64,000 nt of DNA from Macrostomum lignano (lineage: Eukaryota). Positions 58,570 to 64,000 of this stretch are shown one piece after another. Both the position numbers and the translations under genes were made by a program. Below the pieces are notes generated by a model that saw only the letters and a list, made by a program, of their open reading frames with translations, had not been told where the DNA came from and did no database searches. The stretch spans positions 248,001 through 312,000 of the forward strand of contig NIVC01001167.1 of assembly GCA_002269645.1 (NCBI GenBank), read 5' to 3'. Numbering within the stretch: the first letter of the stretch is position 1; each line of letters starts with the position of its first letter.

Positions 58570-59752
58570 ATGGAAATTGAGACTAATAGTAAGAGGGCAC
58601 GTGAAACCGACTCGCCACCGGTCACTAAAAAAGCCAACAACCGTACTTCAACTGGCACCGACCGGTCTGTTGCTGCGTCGTCCATTCAAGCGTCGTCTCG
58701 TATGCAGCATCAGCACACTCTTGACGAAGAACCTTCGGTCGGCGTCCAGGATGGTGAGCCCAGGCCTGTTCTGAAAGAGTCACATTTCTCAATCTCAAAG
58801 CCAGACTTATCAGATGACAAAACTTACAAACCAGTTCCAAACTGCAAGATCAGATATATCCCTAATGAAGGCTAATGAGGCTAAACTCACCAAAATCCTC
58901 ATGGAGGAGGTATACCCGCTGTCCTTCCACCATCAAACTGGGGGTAGACCGGAAGCTAGGAGGGTGGTCTGGTATGGGCCAGAATACACCTACGGTGGTA
59001 GCAAGCTTGAAAGTAACGACGACTGGAACCCGGTTGTCACGCACCTTGCCACATGGTTGTGTATCGAGCTCAATCCGCCATTAGCAAATTCCTGTCTCAT
59101 TAATTTCTACAAAGACGGGTCAGTAGCCATCCCATGGCACTCAGACAACGAGCCGGAGCTAGGAGATGACCCGACAATAGTGTCAGTGTCATTAGGTGCC
59201 CAGAGAGATTTTCAGCTCAGGACAAAGGGCATGAGTCAGAACGTTGTCTTTTCGCAGAAGCTGGCTAGCGGCAGTGTAACAGTAATGAGTGGGGCCACGC
59301 AACGGTACCTTCAGCACTCTATCGCCAAAGACCTGAAAGTCAAAGATTTTAGAGTTAATCTTGCATTCAGAATCACTAAGGATCCCAGAATTGAGAACTC
59401 ACCAGCTCATACACCTGCATCAGCCAATCCTTGCGTCCGTCCGACTGACGACTCCATCACCTGCCACCTTGACGATGAAGAGTCGGTACGGCGCAGGGGT
59501 AGGCAGGACGCAGAAAACATGCAAAAGATTAGTTCACGCTCCAGCAGCAGCTGTAGGCTTAACTCTAAAACTAATCGAACCAATCAGGACACTCAAGCAC
59601 AAACAGCCAATCAGCGATCACAGCAGACTACTCAGCAATCCACTAAGCAATCTAAACCTAGCACTCAGCAGCCTCACTCAGCCAATCAGCACTCAGGCAC
59701 TCAGCAGCCAGCCACTCAGCCTAACACTAAGCAGTCAAACGCAGCCAATTAG
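58570..59752 (+). CDS. alkB: ORF1 N-terminus of copy C with an intact AlkB domain (~58945-59370); one upstream frameshift
   Basis: RRVVWYGPEYTY, NSCLINFYKDG, WHSDNE, IVSVSLGAQRDF, LASGSVTVMSG..LQHSI, RVNLAFR. Symbol is family-level only. Confidence 0.92.
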
Positions 59753-60085
59753 CACACACAATAAGGCACTCAGTAACATTCGTCAAACACTCAGCAGTCA
59801 CATTCAGCCAATCAGCAATCAGGCACACAGCAGCCAGCCACTCAACCCAGCACTCAGCAGGCACAAGCAGCTCTGCAATCACAAGCAACTAAACCAGCTA
59901 ATCAGACTCAGCAGCAAGCTTCCACTCAGGGAGTAAACTCAGGCAATCAGCAGTCAGCACCAAGAATTCACACTCAACCACCCAACAGCTACCAACTACC
60001 TGCAACTCAGCAATCAAACATTCACACACAGCAGTCACAAGCACGCACTCAACAGTCAGCCACACAACAACCTAACAATTCTTCT
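59590..60085. repeat. Degenerate short repeats (cactcagcag / gccaatcag)
   Basis: Visible low-complexity expansion downstream of the AlkB domain of copy C. Confidence 0.8.
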
Positions 60086-60739
60086 TGATGTGGCCGCAGC
60101 CTTCTGCTGCAAGCATAGGGCCGCAGTCACATCTTAGGCACTCTGTCCGCTGCTAGCATCTGGAATAGGAATTTTCTGCTGCCTCCATGCACTCTAAGCA
60201 GCCTTACTTGGCGCTCAGAAGTTGCACAATATGGCGCAAGCGAGCCGTTGTATGAGGCTCAATAGCATAGGAAATTAGGAAGTTTTGCCTAGCCTAGGGT
60301 TAGTTAGTGTAAGCCGCCAAATTTGGCACTTGCCTGTACTGTTGTTGCCTGGCCTGCCGCGTACAATCGCTCAGTGTACGCAAGTCTAGTTAGCCGCACT
60401 CCTCCCCCGTGCGCTCTCTGGCAGAGCACATTCCCAGGCTGGCCATGCAGTCCACTAAACAAAAAATCTAGTCAGGTGGCTCCACCGTGGCTCCACCTTG
60501 GCTAGCCCTTGCACCCGTGGACTCGGGGATCCAATGAGTGAGTCTGACAGTTTCCCACGCTAAAAATAGCTTGTTAACGGGACCCAGCCGGGCGGCTGTG
60601 GAGAAGCAGACGCCAGAACTTGACTCGTATTGGTTGGCAAGATACATGGCACTAATTCAAAAAAAGAAAAAAAACTTTTTTGGCTTTTATTGCGTGAGCA
60701 TTAATAGCATTGACCTTGCCAAGGCGCTAAAATGGGCGC

Positions 60740-61110
60740 CCAAAGGCTGAAATTGGCGCCGGTATATTAAAATCGGCGCAAAAAAGTAGCAAGCTGATAT
60801 ATGCTGCCACTTCTACGCCCGTTGGCACATTCCAGCGCTGATTCGGCGATCCTGGCGCCAATTTGGGGATCCTGGCGCCAAATTTAGCTTCCGGCGCCAC
60901 TTCGAGCTCTCCCGCGCCAATTTGAGCTTTCCAGCGCTAGTTTGAGCTTTCTAGGGCTAGTTTGGGTCCTCTCGAGCTGATTTCAGCATTTTGGCGCTGA
61001 TTCAGCGATCCTGGCGCCAATTTGGGGATCCTGGCGCCAAATTTAGCTTCCGGCGCCAATTCGAGCTTTCCCGCGCCAATTTGAGCTTTCCAGCGCTAGT
61101 TTGAGCTTTC
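60740..61110. repeat. GGCGCC-rich repeat with a ~110-150-bp direct duplication
   Basis: gctgattcggcgatcctggcgccaatttggggatcctggcgccaaatttagcttccggcgcc occurs at ~60837 and ~60997. Confidence 0.85.
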
Positions 61111-61127
61111 CAGGTGCGCAGCACCCC

Positions 61128-63598
61128 AGCCATTTTAACTATTGACAAGCTTTTGTTGGAATATGACTTCAGATTTTGGAAAACATGCAAAAGTAGTTTC
61201 GGGGATTGGAATTCCACGGTTTCAATATACGCGGTTTTCAGTAGCTTGTGCTAAGCGGGTCTATGAAATTTGCTAGCAGGAAATCTGCTAGCCGAAGTTT
61301 GCTAGCGAGAAATGTGCTTGCCGAAATCTGCTAGCCGAAGTTTGCTAGCCGAAATCTGCTAGCCGAAATCTGCTAGCCGAAATTTGCTTGCAAAAATTTG
61401 CTAGCCGAAACCTGCTGGCCGAGGTTTGCTAGCCGAAGCTTGCTAGCAGGAATTTTGCTAGCCGAGATTTGCTAGCAGGAATTTTGCTGGCCGAGTTGCT
61501 AGCAGGAATTTTGCTAGCGAGGATTTAGCTAGCCGAAATCTGCTAGCGAGAATCCAACCAAAACCGGCAAGCAGCAATTTGGCTAGTCGAACTCAGGAAG
61601 TTGTAATTAGGTAGAGACAATTTGCTTGTCAAGTTTCGCAAGAATTTCACTAAATCCTCTATAGCGTCGCTCCACTTTTACCAATCCTCTTCAAATTGGA
61701 CACAATCCAATTTTCAACTATTTTGACACAATCGTATAAAGTTTCGAGTCTCGAAGTTAATTCTGAACGGCACTGTGTACTTTTAAAGTTAGTCTGCTTT
61801 TTGTCAGCGAGACAGCCACCCCAACCTCTGTCTCTCTCCTTCCTGGCCACTAGACAGATGTGTGAAAGGGGTTTAAAATTGATTAACTTTCAGCTGACAC
61901 AAGTTTGCTCCACGTATACAGCGATTGACTTCAAACTTTATACAATTCTTCATTGACTCATTCTCTGTCTAAATATAAAGTCTCAACTGTGTACTTCAGT
62001 TAGAACAGAAACTGTAGGCATGTGAAGTTTGTCTGCTTTTTCTGTTGTTTGTGCGACTGCACTCACTCATTCCCCCAGACCAAGGATCAGGTGATAGGGA
62101 TAACTGTGAGGGAAAATTGGAATAACTTTTTATAGCCTTCTCTGGTAACGTTAAGCCTTGACAGTTCAGTAAGGAATTCAACTACTGTCCTACTACGAGC
62201 TATCTGATTGCGACTTGAGAGTATTCTGTCCCCCACAATGACAAACTGACTTTCCAAGCACTTGAACTGATGAGCCAGCAGATTTCGGCTAGCAAACTTC
62301 GGCTAGCAAACCTCGGCTAGCAGGTTTCGGCTAGCAAATTTCGGCTAGCAGATTTCGGCTAGCAGATTTCCTGCTAGCAAATCTCCTACTCCCGTGCGTT
62401 CCGTCCAGAGAGCATATAGTCCATTTTAAAACCCCCATTTTATAAGCTAAATGTAGCTTATAACTAAACATATCGCATCTTCCAACTATACTAATTATCT
62501 AAGATTTGTCTGTCTTGTGTGTCTGACCATACGCTCGTATATATTCTATATATACTAATATACATTATAAATTCTAATTCTAAATTCTAGTATATTATAT
62601 ATAGTCGAATATTTTTCCCATAAAAGTTTGAACGCTGACTTGCAAGCAGCCTACTAGGAGTTATCGTACATTGAGAGAGGGCCACCGTTCTACACCCACC
62701 CCAAAACTGAGCACGCGGGCCAATGAGAATTCTCCCACGGAGAGTTAGACAAGCCAACCCCTCCCTTTGATTAATGAGCCTCTCGCTTTTTGATTCTCCG
62801 ACGGCCACCACCCACGGTGTAGGTTAATTTGTGGCTTTATTCACCAGTATCAAGGAGCTTATATAAAGAGCTGGAAAGAAAAGGCTATCCTTGTCTCTCA
62901 TTTCAAGCATAGGCCTGCATAGTGTATAAATATTTGAGCGCAAGCTTAACGGCTATACTTGGTTATTTTTAATTTGTCTTTAAATACAGGTAAGTTCAAG
63001 GAATCGAATAATTTTAAAGCGAAAATGCCACTGTTTGAATAATTCTTAGTAAAATTCAGTTTTGCTGCAGGCGCACGGTATCAAGTTTTTTCAATGGAAT
63101 ATATTCGATTCTTACAACGAGCGCCATTAGCTCGTTGAAAGCTACTCTTGAGCAAGGGTATAGTGCCCTCTCCTTTAGAGACCCTAAAATGCCCCAATGC
63201 CCCTTTTTGAGGCCCCCCTTTCGCACACTCCTTGGCCCTGAATTACTTTAATTGCTATTGCCGCTTGCACAAATTGTGGGTGGCATTTTGAACTTGAAAA
63301 TTGTTCGATTTCCTAGAACCTTAGCTTGATATTACGCTTCACAATAAGCAATATTTGCTTAGTTATAAGCTATATATATTGAGTTTTAAGCTATGTGCAT
63401 TTAGTTATGAGATATATGCAGTTCCTTATAAGCTGTATATATATTTAGTTTTAAGCTATATATAGTTACAAGCTAAAAAATACCAGGAGAGAGCATGGAA
63501 TTCATGAACTCATGGATTTCCAATCCCTGGAACTATTTTTGCATGGATTCTACCATCTGAAGTCACACTCAAAAACTTGTTAAAAGTTAGACTGGAGA
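61128..63598. mobile_element. Old TIR-type element (diverged ~90-bp inverted repeats)
   Basis: 61158-61220 (tgacttcagat...catgcaaaagtagtttcggggattggaattcca) is the degenerate reverse complement of ~63510-63570. Confidence 0.5.
61256..62394. mobile_element. MITE-like element with inverted subterminal arrays of a ~14-bp unit (gctagccgaaatct)
   Basis: Array at 61265-61560 on + and its reverse complement at 62275-62385; the ends CGGGTCTATGAAATTTGCTAGCAGGAAATCTG and CAGATTTCCTGCTAGCAAATCTCCTACTCCCG are inverted. Confidence 0.7.
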
Positions 63599-63679
63599 TA
63601 AACATAAAATGGAGTAAATTTGTGTGAAATTAAGATTTGACGCAATTATTTATTTTGCTTGTTGGGGTGCTGTGCAGAA

Positions 63680-63995
63680 TATCAGGATCTTCTTTTCTTC
63701 TTCTTTCTCCTCTCGTCTCTTGTCTCTCCTCTCATCTCTTCTCTTTTTCCCTCTCTCCTTTCCTCTCCTCTCTCATCTCTTATCTTTTATATCTTCTCAT
63801 TTCTCTCTACTCTCTCTTCTCACTCCTTACTCTCCCCTCTCTTAACACTTCCCTCTTCTCTATCTTCTCTACTCTCTTATCTCTCTTCTCTACTTTTTCC
63901 TTTCTCTCTCTCTATCCTCTCATCTCTTCTCTTCTTTCCTTTCCTCTTTCCTGACTCACTTCTCCCTTTGTCTCTGCTCTCTCTTCTGGTATTTT
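63680..63995. repeat. Polypyrimidine (CT-rich) low-complexity tract
   Basis: Nearly purine-free plus strand. Confidence 0.95.
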
Positions 63996-64000
63996 AAATC

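Larger units (their letters stand above)
57997..60085 (+). mobile_element. AlkB-LINE copy C, 5' portion only (3'-truncated)
   Basis: 5' UTR homologous to B; ORF starts MEIETNSKRARETDSPPV (B: MEVETQNKRSSRDTDSPPV); decays into CAG/CAC-rich low complexity; no gag or ORF2. Confidence 0.85.

Noticed and set aside
37652-60085. Telomere-forming retrotransposon array (HeT-A/TART-like)
   Set aside because: The array is flanked on both sides by ordinary interstitial sequence, and no telomeric repeat tract is visible. The analogy is kept only as an architectural comparison.
63624-63997. Hydrophobic Leu/Ser/Phe-rich membrane-protein ORFs
   Set aside because: Translation artefact of a CT-rich tract, open in all three frames.

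Overview
Eukaryotic, animal-like DNA: spliced genes with GT-AG introns, GC-rich exons and AT-rich spacers. The style resembles a flatworm such as Macrostomum, but this is an impression I cannot verify. The first ~4 kb holds the 3' ends of two convergent, unidentified host genes whose introns contain minisatellites. The rest is a nest of mobile elements, almost all coding on +. In order: a CORE-SINE; a deleted Tc1; a 12.4-kb EnSpm/CACTA (CMC) element with TIRs and a spliced BEN-domain gene, carrying an RTE LINE and a Crypton; two RNase H LINE fragments; a decayed Polinton (PolB, protease, capsid) with a solo LTR; a zinc-finger tyrosine-recombinase gene next to a PWWP exon; and Copia and Gypsy remnants. 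The main discovery is at ~37.6-60.1 kb: three diverged Jockey/I-group-like LINEs lie head-to-tail, and each has an AlkB (2OG-Fe(II) dioxygenase) domain at the N-terminus of ORF1. In the two copies that extend far enough (A and B) this domain is in frame with the gag-like zinc-knuckle region. The catalytic motifs are intact in two copies (B and C). A and B share a 3'-terminal hairpin motif with a pair of ~830-bp non-coding elements that are also head-to-tail. All family assignments come from manual motif recognition, not database searches.
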